This document shows positions 44,341 to 54,154 of a stretch of 64,000 nucleotides of DNA, in pieces. The first letter of the stretch is position 1. Every line of letters starts with the position of its first letter. This DNA is from Bacteroidota bacterium (GTDB lineage: Bacteria > Bacteroidota > JABWAT01): the NCBI GenBank assembly GCA_023151185.1, contig JAKLJL010000008.1:15508-79507 (forward strand), in the 5' to 3' direction. The position numbers and the translations under genes were made by a program. The notes below the pieces were generated by a model that worked only from the letters and a program-made list of their open reading frames with translations, was not told the origin of the DNA and ran no database searches.

Positions 44341-46752
44341 ATGATCGTTCAGGTTTCCATTCCGCTTCCCGTCCAGTCAGACTATGATTTTCTGCCGGGA
44401 ACGCACGCCGGTTTCCTCAAAGAGGGGCAACGGGTGGTTGTTCCGTTCGGCAGACAGACGGTGGTTGGATACGTGACCGGTTTTCATAATACCCCCCCGG
44501 CATTTTCACTGAAAATGATTCAGTCCGTTCTGGATGAGGAACCGGTTTTTACCGCTGAACAATTAAAGTTTGCCCGGTGGATTTCGGACTATTACCAGGC
44601 TACCGTCGGCGAAGTTTTGCAGGCTTTTTTCCCGGCAGATCTGGCGGCTAAGTCCAAAGAAAAACTGATTCTCGTCAGGGAGCCCGACTCAGAGCTGGAC
44701 TGGTCGCATTCCCTCCTGAAATTTTTCAGAGAAGAACGGGAATGGGATAAATCGAAGCTTTCGCGCCAGTTCCGCGATAAAGCCCTGTTTCAGAAAGCAC
44801 TCCGGGACCTGGTTGCACAGGGATACCTGCGTGAAGAAGAACAGATTCTGGAATCCCGCCAAAAAAAAATAAAAACTGAATTCTGGACAGCCGGATCCCT
44901 TGCCGGGCTTGCCGGGTTACCTTTGAAATCGGTACGGATGAAGGAGTTCGCCGGTTGGATTTCATCCAGCCCGCCGGAGCTGGCCTCCGGGATGCCGGCT
45001 GGTCTCTTAACCGCCCGGTTCGGGCTGACGCCTTCTGCTGCACGGAAATTTCTGGATGCAGGGGTAATTGTAAAATCCTTCCGTCTGGCAGCATCGGGTG
45101 ATGGACTGCATCAGGAGCCCGCTGCGGATATCACGTTTACCGAAGAGCAAAGCCGGGCCTGGCAACAGATTAAAACCAGTGTCCAAGCTGGCGGCTTCCG
45201 GCCGATGCTGTTGTTCGGGGTGACCGGATCAGGGAAAACCCACCTGTACATCGAAGCACTCAGAGAGGTGCTGAACCAGGGAAAAACCGGACTGATTCTG
45301 GTGCCTGAGATTGCCCTGACCCCCCAAACTGTATCCCGGTTTGAACGGTATTTCGGAACCCGGATCGGGGTCATCCATTCCAGAAAGAATGATTCTGAAC
45401 GGGTTCTGACCTGGCGCCGGATCCTGACCGGGGAGTATAAAATTGTCATCGGGCCCCGTTCGGCCTTGTTTGCCCCGCTTCAGAATCTGGGTATCATCAT
45501 TGTTGACGAGGAGCATGAATCTTCGTACAAGCAATTTGAACCTGCTCCCAGGTACCATGCCCGTGATGCTGCAATTTACCGGGCCTGGATGAATAACTGC
45601 CCCGTCATTCTGGGAAGCGCAACACCGTCTTTCGAATCTTTCTGGCAGGCCGGGCAGGGTAAGTACCAGTTGATTACCATTAAGAACCGGGCGGATAAAG
45701 CTACACTTCCAACCGTCCGGATTTTAAACATGCGGGAGGAAAAAAAGTCCACACCGTTTACCGGGCCGATAGCACCGGCTCTGCTTGAGGGAATTCGTCA
45801 CCGGCTGGATTCGGGGCAGGGGGTAATCCTGCTTCAGAACCGAAGGGGATTTTCGAATTATATCGAGTGCAATGACTGCGGCTGGGTGTATGAATGCCCC
45901 GACTGCTCCATTTCACTGACCTGGCATCAGAGAACCCGGAACATGCGGTGTCATTACTGCGGGTTTACTGCCAGACCGCCGGAATCCTGTCCGAAATGTC
46001 AGTCGCTGAGCCTTCGGCCGGTGGGTTACGGTACGCAGCAGGTCGAAGATTTTCTGAAAGACCAATTTCCGGAAACGCCGGTAATCCGGATGGATCAGGA
46101 TACCACGTCAACAAAAACGGCCCATGATTCTCTTCTGAAGGAGTTTAAAAAGCATCCGGCTTCGATCCTGCTTGGTACGCAGATGATTGCCAAAGGTCTC
46201 GACTTCCACCATGTGACTCTGGTTGGAGTGATCAATGCGGATATGGGGATGCTGATGCCCGACTTCAGAGCCTCGGAACATACCTTTCAGCTAATGGCCC
46301 AGGTTGCCGGCCGTGCCGGCCGCGGACGGCTGGCCGGTGAAGTGATCATCCAGACCTGGCACCCGGAACTTCCCTTGTTCACCCATGTGCTGAACCATGA
46401 TTTCCCCGGGTTTTACCGTCAGGAAATTGACAGCCGGAATCTGCTGAATTATCCGCCGTTCAGACGGATGATTCTGTTTGAAGTGAAGGCCAAAACCGAG
46501 GGGGAAGCCGCAGACCGGGTCGGTGAAGTGGCCAGTGCCCTTCGTGCCCGGTTTTCTGACGACTGGGTAAGAGGTCCTGCAGAACCGCCGGTCGAAAAAA
46601 TTGGCGGCTGGTACCGGAAGCAGGTCATTTTATTTGTTCCCCGTGAGTTCCCGCTTGCCCGGCAGGGGACGCCGTTTTTTAAACAGCTTCAGACCGCCGC
46701 CCGGTCCTGGCCGAAATCCACCCGTCTGATTCTGGATGTGGAACCGGCCTGA
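44341..46752 (+). CDS. priA: primosomal replication-restart helicase PriA
   Basis: Walker A ..GVTGSGKT.., DEEH ..IIVDEEHE.., and the Cys-rich Zn insertion ..CNDCGWVYECPDCSISLTWH.. ..CHYCG.. ..CPKC.. . Confidence 0.95.
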   Translation: MIVQVSIPLPVQSDYDFLPGTHAGFLKEGQRVVVPFGRQTVVGYVTGFHNTPPAFSLKMIQSVLDEEPVFTAEQLKFARWISDYYQATVGEVLQAFFPADLAAKSKEKLILVREPDSELDWSHSLLKFFREEREWDKSKLSRQFRDKALFQKALRDLVAQGYLREEEQILESRQKKIKTEFWTAGSLAGLAGLPLKSVRMKEFAGWISSSPPELASGMPAGLLTARFGLTPSAARKFLDAGVIVKSFRLAASGDGLHQEPAADITFTEEQSRAWQQIKTSVQAGGFRPMLLFGVTGSGKTHLYIEALREVLNQGKTGLILVPEIALTPQTVSRFERYFGTRIGVIHSRKNDSERVLTWRRILTGEYKIVIGPRSALFAPLQNLGIIIVDEEHESSYKQFEPAPRYHARDAAIYRAWMNNCPVILGSATPSFESFWQAGQGKYQLITIKNRADKATLPTVRILNMREEKKSTPFTGPIAPALLEGIRHRLDSGQGVILLQNRRGFSNYIECNDCGWVYECPDCSISLTWHQRTRNMRCHYCGFTARPPESCPKCQSLSLRPVGYGTQQVEDFLKDQFPETPVIRMDQDTTSTKTAHDSLLKEFKKHPASILLGTQMIAKGLDFHHVTLVGVINADMGMLMPDFRASEHTFQLMAQVAGRAGRGRLAGEVIIQTWHPELPLFTHVLNHDFPGFYRQEIDSRNLLNYPPFRRMILFEVKAKTEGEAADRVGEVASALRARFSDDWVRGPAEPPVEKIGGWYRKQVILFVPREFPLARQGTPFFKQLQTAARSWPKSTRLILDVEPA

Positions 46753-46783
46753 TTCAGTTACAGACTACTATTCAGGAGATACG

Positions 46784-47236
46784 ATGTCCATTTCAATTGC
46801 CCTCGACAAACACCAGATCAGACAACTGATCAAATCGCTGTATATCGCCGAACATGTGTACAATTCTGCCCGGCCGGAAGACGAATTGGTTGACGGAAAC
46901 TTTAAACTCCAGCAGTTTATTTACCAGCAACTGCGGCAAAAGGGGAATCAGGATCTGGTTGCGGTCAGGGAAATGCCCGGCGTTCTGCAACCCGGCGGCA
47001 AGCTGCTTGAAGAGGCAGATGCACTGATCGATGAATTCGAGGAAATTAAATTTCTGCTGGACCTGTCGACCAAACTGGCACTGCGGGATCTTGAGGAAAA
47101 ATATCCGGATCTGGATTTTGATGATGCCGGGTCTTACCCTGAAATTGAAGAAGAACTGATGACTCTGAACCAGACCTACCTGCCCGAGTTTATGGAAAAC
47201 GGGGTAAAAAACCTGAAACTTGAAACGGGGAAATAA
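46784..47236 (+). CDS. acidic hypothetical protein
   Basis: 150 aa starting at the ATG at 46784 (MSISIALDK..). It has no TM segment and is D/E-rich. The longer ORF overlaps the priA end. Confidence 0.5.
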   Translation: MSISIALDKHQIRQLIKSLYIAEHVYNSARPEDELVDGNFKLQQFIYQQLRQKGNQDLVAVREMPGVLQPGGKLLEEADALIDEFEEIKFLLDLSTKLALRDLEEKYPDLDFDDAGSYPEIEEELMTLNQTYLPEFMENGVKNLKLETGK

Positions 47237-47241
47237 ACCGG

Positions 47242-47931
47242 TCAGAAAAACCGGCCGGCCGGGGTCCAGACACCGGTTTCCCAGGAATACCGTTCCAGAC
47301 CGTGAAATTGTTTTTTATAGTCGTAAACAGACGGTTCTTCGGTGGCATATCCCGGATAGTAGTATTTTTTTCCGGTTTTTAGGCTGAACTGAAGTTCGAT
47401 GAGCATGGTAAAAATTCCCAGTCCGCGCTGCATCAGGCCGGGATCAAACACCCCGTAAATGCTCGAAGTTGACCAGGAGCCGATATCCAGAAAGCTGGCG
47501 GCCACCAGACGGTCTTCCTGAAAAACCACCACCGATTGATTCTCGACCGGGACAGAGGCCGGTCTGAAACTCAGAAAATCAGTCAGGGCTTCGGGTGCAT
47601 GTTCTGTGAACCGGCTTCGGTGCCGGTGAAACAGGTCTTCAAGATCCCGGTGGAAAAACGTAGGTCCGATTCTGACTTTCAAATCCTGATTCCGTTTCAG
47701 ATTTTTTTTCTGGGAGGAAGAAAGGCGCCATCTGGAAAGATCCACCCGGAGGGGAACAATCGTCTGGGTTGCACCGCCGGAGGTCTGCTGGCGGTCATAT
47801 CTGAAGAAATATTCGCCGAAATGCCGCCAGCCGGCTTCGAGCAACTGATCGAACCCGACCGGGGGAACCGAGTCGGCAGTAAAGTATTCAGAAATCGGCA
47901 TAAGGCTGGGCTTTTTTTTCAAAAATAACAT
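47242..47931 (-). CDS. arginyl/leucyl-tRNA--protein transferase family (ATE/Bpt-like N-degron transferase)
   Basis: ..[12 protein letters not shown].. ..PLRVDL..W.LS.SQKK.. and the C-terminal ..[14 protein letters not shown]...[10 protein letters not shown].. resemble the ATE_N/ATE_C families. The start is uncertain: 47931 or 47901. Confidence 0.65.
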   Translation of the reverse strand: MLFLKKKPSLMPISEYFTADSVPPVGFDQLLEAGWRHFGEYFFRYDRQQTSGGATQTIVPLRVDLSRWRLSSSQKKNLKRNQDLKVRIGPTFFHRDLEDLFHRHRSRFTEHAPEALTDFLSFRPASVPVENQSVVVFQEDRLVAASFLDIGSWSTSSIYGVFDPGLMQRGLGIFTMLIELQFSLKTGKKYYYPGYATEEPSVYDYKKQFHGLERYSWETGVWTPAGRFF

Positions 47932-47955
47932 CCGGCAGGGAAAATTCAGCCCGGA

Positions 47956-49320
47956 TTGGTATCTTTGCAGAATACCGGCCTGCTTCGACTCCGCCAGGAA
48001 CCGCCAGAAACCAAACTGCCCCACCGGCCGCTTCATTCAAACCGAAAGAAAGAGTACCTGTTGACAACCTTTGAAAATTTGTTCCTGATTCCCCAGATTC
48101 TGAAATCCCTGACTGAGGAAGGATATACCACCCCGACCCCGATTCAGGAAAAAGCTATTCCCCACATTCTTCAGCAGCGGGATCTGCTGGGATGTGCCCA
48201 GACCGGCACCGGAAAAACGGCAGCTTTTGCCATTCCCATCCTTCAGCTTTTAAAAACCCGGCAGGACCAGGATCGCCGGAAAAAAGTCATCCGGGCCCTG
48301 ATTTTAACTCCCACCCGTGAACTTGCCATTCAGATTGAGGATAGTTTCAAAGCCTACGGCCGCCATACCGGACTGACCAAGATGGTAATTTTCGGCGGCG
48401 TCGGACAAAAGCCACAGACCGACGGACTTGCTGCCGGTACGGATATTCTGGTGGCGACACCGGGCCGTCTGCTCGACCTGATTCAGCAGGGATTCGTCAA
48501 TCTGCGCCATATCGAGATTTTTGTTCTGGACGAAGCCGACCGGATGCTCGACATGGGGTTTATTCACGATGTGAAACGGGTTATTTCAAATCTGCCGGCA
48601 AACCGCCAGACCCTGCTTTTTTCGGCAACCATGCCGTCCGAAATTCAGAAACTGGCAGCCGGAATTTTAAAAAATCCGGTTTATGTTGAAGTGACACCTG
48701 TTTCCTCTACGGCTGAGAAGGTGGAGCAGTCGGTCTATTTTGTGGATAAGGAAAATAAAAAACACCTGCTGGTGCATCTGCTGAGAGATCAGTCTCTGGA
48801 GTCGGTGCTGGTTTTCACCCGAACGAAACACGGCGCCGACCGGGTTGGCCGTGATCTGAACCGGCTGGGAGTCCAGGCTGAGGTGATTCACGGAGATAAA
48901 TCCCAGACTGCCCGTCAGCGGGCACTGGCCAATTTCAAAGAGGGGATTTCACGGGTTCTGATTGCAACTGATATTGCAGCCCGGGGAATTGATATTGATG
49001 ATCTGTCTCACGTTATCAACTACGAATTGCCGAATGTTCCTGAAACCTATGTTCACCGGATCGGGAGAACCGGGCGGGCAGGTGCTTCCGGAATTGCCAT
49101 TTCATTCTGCGATATTGAAGAGAAGGATTACCTGAAGGATATTCATAAGCTGACCGGGCTAAAGATCCCGTCGGTTGAGAACCATCCCTGGCCGATGAAG
49201 GTGTTCGAAGTTCCGGAAAAACCCAAACAGAAACCTGCCCGCCGTCCGGAAGCCCGGCATTCAAAACCTGGTTCTTCCTTCAGCTCCGGCAAACGGCCCG
49301 AAAGAAAAAAACCTATCTGA
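47956..49320 (+). CDS. DEAD-box ATP-dependent RNA helicase (RhlE-like) with a basic C-terminal tail
   Basis: Q-motif ..GYTTPTPIQ.., motif [19 protein letters not shown] (VLDEADRM), SAT and [10 protein letters not shown]. The true start is probably the TTG at 48061 (..TTFENLF..), so the first 35 ORF-track codons are doubtful. Confidence 0.92.
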   Translation: MVSLQNTGLLRLRQEPPETKLPHRPLHSNRKKEYLLTTFENLFLIPQILKSLTEEGYTTPTPIQEKAIPHILQQRDLLGCAQTGTGKTAAFAIPILQLLKTRQDQDRRKKVIRALILTPTRELAIQIEDSFKAYGRHTGLTKMVIFGGVGQKPQTDGLAAGTDILVATPGRLLDLIQQGFVNLRHIEIFVLDEADRMLDMGFIHDVKRVISNLPANRQTLLFSATMPSEIQKLAAGILKNPVYVEVTPVSSTAEKVEQSVYFVDKENKKHLLVHLLRDQSLESVLVFTRTKHGADRVGRDLNRLGVQAEVIHGDKSQTARQRALANFKEGISRVLIATDIAARGIDIDDLSHVINYELPNVPETYVHRIGRTGRAGASGIAISFCDIEEKDYLKDIHKLTGLKIPSVENHPWPMKVFEVPEKPKQKPARRPEARHSKPGSSFSSGKRPERKKPI

Positions 49321-50446
49321 CCGTTTTTTTCCGGTTGGCGATGTAATCCTCAAAAATAAACTCACCCAGCTTATTCAGAGAGGAAAAGTAAGCCCTGCCC
49401 TGGTTGATCCGGGTCAGATCCCGGACGAAATCCTGCAGAACCGCATCCCGGGCAATCATAAAGGTGGTAATGGAGATGCCTTCCCGCCGGCAGATTTCGG
49501 CCTCTTCGAGCGTCCGGTTAAAAATTTTCGGATCCATTCCCACCGAGTTTTTATACAGCCGCCCGTTTTCCCGGATGCAGGATGGCTTTCCGTCGGTAAT
49601 CATGAAGATCTGGCGGTTTGCCGAATTCCTTTTTCTGAGCAGATGCCGGGCAAGCTGCAGTCCTTCACGGGTATTGGTATGGTAAGGTCCGACGGCCAGC
49701 CAGGGAAGATCCTTTACCGAAACTTCCCAGGCATCATCCCCGAAAGCCAGAATGTCGAGACTGTCATCCGGATATTTCGTCATGATCAGTTCTGCAAGTC
49801 CCATCGCCACTTTTTTTGCCGGCGTAATCCGGTCCTCGCCGTACAGAATCATGGAATGGCTCAGGTCAATCATGATCACTGTAGACTGGGTGGCATAAAA
49901 CTGCGTGTCGTACACTTCCATATCCCGTTCCTGAAGCCGGAATTCTTCTATACCGTAGTTCAGATGGGCATTGGTTATGGTCCGGGTGATGTCGATCTGA
50001 TCGGGGGTATCCCCAAACTGAAACGGACGGTTATCGGTGATCTGCTCCTCGCCGGCGCCGGTGAAATTCGTGCGGTGACCGCCGGAAACATCCCGTTTCA
50101 GTGAAGAAAAAATTTCCTCGAAAGCTTTTGACCGGATGTATTTTTCCATTTTGGAGGAGGCAAGCAGTTTTCTGCCCGGCTGATCCTTCAGGTAGCAGTT
50201 CCGTCTGAGATCCTCTTTAAACGCATCGAAGGTATAGTCCCTGTCGAACAGCCGGTGTTTTTTGCTGAGCTGGCGCATCCACTCCAGTGCCTCATCGGCA
50301 TCACCGTTGGTGTACTGAAGCAACTGCGAAAAGACCGACAGGTTTTGCTGAAACCGGTCCAGACCGGTCATTTTTGGCGGGAGGTACTCCCGGTATCGGA
50401 TTCCGTTCATGGTTAGCATAACAACTTCCTGTGCCGAATGGTTCAA
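49313..50446 (-). CDS. von Willebrand factor A (VWA, CoxE-like) domain protein
   Basis: MIDAS-type ..[10 protein letters not shown].. with ..ILAFGDDA.. and ..[10 protein letters not shown].. . The 3' end overlaps the helicase 3' end by 8 nt in convergent orientation. Confidence 0.8.
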   Translation of the reverse strand: MNHSAQEVVMLTMNGIRYREYLPPKMTGLDRFQQNLSVFSQLLQYTNGDADEALEWMRQLSKKHRLFDRDYTFDAFKEDLRRNCYLKDQPGRKLLASSKMEKYIRSKAFEEIFSSLKRDVSGGHRTNFTGAGEEQITDNRPFQFGDTPDQIDITRTITNAHLNYGIEEFRLQERDMEVYDTQFYATQSTVIMIDLSHSMILYGEDRITPAKKVAMGLAELIMTKYPDDSLDILAFGDDAWEVSVKDLPWLAVGPYHTNTREGLQLARHLLRKRNSANRQIFMITDGKPSCIRENGRLYKNSVGMDPKIFNRTLEEAEICRREGISITTFMIARDAVLQDFVRDLTRINQGRAYFSSLNKLGEFIFEDYIANRKKTVR

Positions 50447-50578
50447 TCTGCCGGAATCTAAACCCGGCTTCTCGGGTTCCCGAAGGGTGGTCTTTGGACC
50501 CGGAATTTGGTTTTTTTCACGGAATCCCGGAACTTACTGCCTGCAGAACCGCAATCAACTTTAAAATCCGGACTACCT

Positions 50579-52318
50579 ATGAACTCCTTTTTCCTGTTTT
50601 CTGCCTGTATTCTCTTTTCTACAGGTCTCTGGGCTCAACAAAAAACCTACTGCAACCCCATGAACCTCGACTATGCGTTCACTCCCATCCCGAATTTCTC
50701 GGTCGAAGGAGCCCACCGGTCTACTGCCGACCCGGTTATTGTCACTTATAAAGATCATTACTTTCTCTTTTCTACCAACCAGTGGGGGTACTGGTACAGC
50801 AAGGATCTGGGAAGCTGGACGTTTGTGTACCGGCGGTTTCTGAAACCGGAGCACCAGGTTTATGATGATCTCTGTGCACCGGCTGTCTGGGTTTCGGGGG
50901 ATACGATGTTTGTAATCGGCTCAACCTACTCGCAGACGTTTCCGGTCTGGATGAGTACCAATCCATTTAAAGATGAGTGGAAGGAAGCAATTCCGGCCTC
51001 TCTTTCCGGTGCCTGGGATCCCTCCTATTTTCTGGATGATGACGGCCGGCTGTATCTGCACCACGGTAGCAGTAACACCTATCCGCTGCTGGCCCGTGAA
51101 ATTGACCGTAAAACCCTGCAGCCCATTGGTCAGTCTGTAGAAACCATCCGCCTGCACGATGATGAACATGGCTGGGAACGCTTCGGCGAATATTCCGACA
51201 ACAATTTTATGCCGCCGTTTATGGAAGGCGCCTGGATGACGAAGCATAACAACCGGTATTACCTGCAGTACGGAGCCCCCGGAACTGAATTCAGCGGATA
51301 TGCCGACGGCGTTTACTATTCTGATTCACCCATGGGCGGATTTAAATATCAGGTTCACAATCCGTTCTGCATGAAAAAAGGCGGATTTATCAACGGATCC
51401 GGGCACGGCTCTACCTTTCAGGATATCTGGAAAAATTACTGGCACGTCAGCACCATGAACATCATTGTGAAAAATACCTTTGAACGCCGGAACGGGATTT
51501 TCCCGGCCGGGTTTGATGAGGAAGGGGTCATGTATGCCAATACCGATTTCGGTGACTATCCGCAATGGCTTCCCAACGGACCTGCCGATCACCGGAAGGG
51601 ACGGTTTACTGGCTGGATGCTGCTGAATTATCAGAAACCGGTCCGGGTTTCTTCAACACTCGGGGCATGGAATCCCAATCTGGCCGTAGATGAAGACATA
51701 AAAACGTACTGGTCAGCCAAAACCGGTGACAAAGGTGAATGGTTTGAGTCTGATCTCGGTGAAGTTTCTGAAATCCGGGCGGTCCAGGTTAACTATGCCG
51801 ACCAGGATGCCGGACATCTTGGAAAGCAAACCGGCATCTACCATCAGTATGTCATTTCCGTTTCGGATGACCAGAAGACCTGGAAGATTCTGATCGACAA
51901 ATCCAAAAACAGGACCGATGTTCCGCACGATTACATCGAACTGGAAAAGCCGGTGAAAGCCCGGTTTGTCCGGATGGAAAATCACCACATGGCGGCAGGT
52001 AAATTTGCCCTTTCCGGGCTCCGGGTTTTTGGAAAGGGAGCCGGAATGGCTCCTGCGGCAGTTGACGACTTTACAGTGATCCGGCAGAAAGATGACCGCC
52101 GGAACTGCTGGGTGAAGTGGCGCACGGTACCGGGTGCCTATGCCTACAATGTGTATTACGGGGTGACCCCTGAAAATCTGTATACCAGCATCATGGTGTA
52201 CAGCAAAAATGAACTGTACGTCAAAACCCTGGCGACCGGAACGGCCTACTTTTTTGCCATTGAAGCCATCAATGAAAACGGTGTCGGGCCCCGGTCAGAA
52301 GTCAGAACTCTCGACTGA
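50579..52318 (+). CDS. secreted glycoside hydrolase (GH43-like beta-propeller) with F5/8 type C (discoidin) and Fn3-like domains
   Basis: Signal peptide MNSFFLFSACILFSTGLWA/Q, ..ADPVIVTYKDHYFLFST.., ..DPSYFLDDDGRLYL.. and ..EGAWM.KHN.RYYLQY.. . The discoidin-like region is ..DEDIKTYWSAK.. and the C-terminus is Fn3-like. Confidence 0.75.
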   Translation: MNSFFLFSACILFSTGLWAQQKTYCNPMNLDYAFTPIPNFSVEGAHRSTADPVIVTYKDHYFLFSTNQWGYWYSKDLGSWTFVYRRFLKPEHQVYDDLCAPAVWVSGDTMFVIGSTYSQTFPVWMSTNPFKDEWKEAIPASLSGAWDPSYFLDDDGRLYLHHGSSNTYPLLAREIDRKTLQPIGQSVETIRLHDDEHGWERFGEYSDNNFMPPFMEGAWMTKHNNRYYLQYGAPGTEFSGYADGVYYSDSPMGGFKYQVHNPFCMKKGGFINGSGHGSTFQDIWKNYWHVSTMNIIVKNTFERRNGIFPAGFDEEGVMYANTDFGDYPQWLPNGPADHRKGRFTGWMLLNYQKPVRVSSTLGAWNPNLAVDEDIKTYWSAKTGDKGEWFESDLGEVSEIRAVQVNYADQDAGHLGKQTGIYHQYVISVSDDQKTWKILIDKSKNRTDVPHDYIELEKPVKARFVRMENHHMAAGKFALSGLRVFGKGAGMAPAAVDDFTVIRQKDDRRNCWVKWRTVPGAYAYNVYYGVTPENLYTSIMVYSKNELYVKTLATGTAYFFAIEAINENGVGPRSEVRTLD

Positions 52319-52324
52319 CCGGGT

Positions 52325-53041
52325 ATGAAGAAACTGCGGGCCTGGCTGAATTTCGGGGTTCTTTTAGGATATGCCCTTCCGGTGATGACCTGGTTTTATC
52401 TGGTCTCCCACTTTAGCCGGCATCCGTTCGAGGAATCTCTCAAAAACCATTGCCGCCGGTTGTTTACTCTTCTGGGAGTTAAAGTTCTGGTGAAGGGAAA
52501 CCTTCAGCCGCTTCACCGGAACTCGGTCATTATCATGCCGAACCATATTTCGTATCTGGATCTGCCTCTGCTGTTCGGATTTCTGAAGGTTCCGTTATGC
52601 GGACTCGAAGATCACCGTCATTTCAAATGGCCGCTGTTCGGGAAAATCATAGCCCGCATCGGGAACATCCCGGTTGACCGCCGGAATCCCCTCCAGAGTT
52701 TCAAAGCTGCCGGCAGACTGAAATCCGTTTCGGCGGACCGGCAGGTGGTTATTTTTCCGGAAGCAGGCCGCAGCCGGGATGGCCACCTGATGGCTCTGAA
52801 GCGGATGCCGTTTCAGGTTGCAAAGGCAATCGACCGCCCGATTCTGCCCTGCTACATTTACGGCATGGCAGATGTGAACAAAAAAGTCTCGCCGTTTATT
52901 TACCCGGGCGAAATTGTCATTTTCGTCCGACCGCTGATTGAACTTCCCGTTGTCCGCCATTCAGAACTGGATGAACTGAAAGAAAAAGTTGCCTCGGAAC
53001 TCAGTTTTGCCCCGTTTGTCCGTCCACCCAGCCAAAGCTGA
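52325..53041 (+). CDS. 1-acyl-sn-glycerol-3-phosphate acyltransferase family (PlsC-like)
   Basis: HX4D motif ..PNHISYLD.. and ..IFPEAGRS.. , with an N-terminal TM segment. Confidence 0.85.
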   Translation: MKKLRAWLNFGVLLGYALPVMTWFYLVSHFSRHPFEESLKNHCRRLFTLLGVKVLVKGNLQPLHRNSVIIMPNHISYLDLPLLFGFLKVPLCGLEDHRHFKWPLFGKIIARIGNIPVDRRNPLQSFKAAGRLKSVSADRQVVIFPEAGRSRDGHLMALKRMPFQVAKAIDRPILPCYIYGMADVNKKVSPFIYPGEIVIFVRPLIELPVVRHSELDELKEKVASELSFAPFVRPPSQS

Positions 53042-53086
53042 TCTCCACAGAGCGGTTTGAAACAGAACACTCCCGGTCATCAGATC

Positions 53087-53563
53087 TTACCATGGTTTTT
53101 TTACCGGCGCCTTCTGTTTCAGTTTAAATAAACCAACCGCAAGTGCATGTCCAATCAGAGCCCCAAAGCCAATTTGCCTCATTACTCCCAATAAATCGGT
53201 TGTTTGCCATTCCTGAAGAACTTTTCCATTGGCAACCTTCCGGATGAAAATTCCGTGAATTTCCAGATTTTTACGATTTGCCGGGGCTCCCATAAAACTG
53301 CCGGTATTAACAGCCGTTGATATAAACCGGACCGAGACCAGATCCCCCTCTGCAAGAATATGCGGAAATGTCATGTTTAATCCCGAAAAGGCGGATTTTA
53401 AATCCTGCATAAAGCCAATGTATTCATCTTTGGTGAAAACCAGGCCATCACCGGTGTAAGTAAAGCCATCATCCAGAAGTGCATCAAGATCTTTCCACCG
53501 TCCATCCATAATTGCTTTGGATACGGCCAGGGCTGTTTCCTTGTTTTCCGTTAAGATGTCCAT
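53087..53563 (-). CDS. SnoaL-like/ester-cyclase fold protein with a C-terminal hydrophobic tail
   Basis: ..EYIGFMQDLKSAF..L.. ..EGDLVSVRF.. ..GTH.G.FMG.P.. -like pattern. It is divergent from the HxlR regulator. Confidence 0.65.
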   Translation of the reverse strand: MDILTENKETALAVSKAIMDGRWKDLDALLDDGFTYTGDGLVFTKDEYIGFMQDLKSAFSGLNMTFPHILAEGDLVSVRFISTAVNTGSFMGAPANRKNLEIHGIFIRKVANGKVLQEWQTTDLLGVMRQIGFGALIGHALAVGLFKLKQKAPVKKPW

Positions 53564-53684
53564 TTTTTCTCCGTTTTTTTGATTTACAAAGATTCACCCC
53601 GGCACTTACTTAAATCTACACACTTCCCAAAATGAAAGTACTTGTATTTTTGATAGTCGCTTTAGGGGGTCCTATCTTGGAACT

Positions 53685-54023
53685 ATGAAACGATATATGC
53701 TGGACGGAACTTATTTTTATTGCCCCGTTGACCTGACGCTGTCTGTAATTGGTGGCCGATGGAAGGGACTCGTGTTCTGGAATCTGAAAGATGAACCGAA
53801 AAGATATGGTGAATTAAAACGGATTCTGGTCGGTATCAATGACAAAATGCTGTCACAGGTACTAAAGGAACTGGAAACCGCCTCCATTATTCATCGTGAG
53901 GTTCTTTCTGCAATTCCGCCTAAAACCCAATATTCACTCACCCCTGAAGGAAGGCGTTTGCTGCCGGTCTTCCGGATGATGTCAGAATGGGGGAGCCGGT
54001 ACGAGCAAACCGGCGGCGGGTAA
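53685..54023 (+). CDS. HxlR-family winged-helix transcriptional regulator
   Basis: ..CPVDLTLSVIGGRWKGLVFWNL.. ..RYGELKR.. ..I..KMLSQVLKELE.. ..Y.LTPEG.. . Confidence 0.9.
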   Translation: MKRYMLDGTYFYCPVDLTLSVIGGRWKGLVFWNLKDEPKRYGELKRILVGINDKMLSQVLKELETASIIHREVLSAIPPKTQYSLTPEGRRLLPVFRMMSEWGSRYEQTGGG

Positions 54024-54154
54024 GTTTCAGTAAAAGCTGAATAAAAGACTGAAAAAAAGTTTATTATTTTGCTGACAAAGTCTGAAAATTGATTTAATTT
54101 TGGAAGAGAATTTCCACACTTCTTCCATTTTTTTCCGATTTTCCGGAGGCTGTC

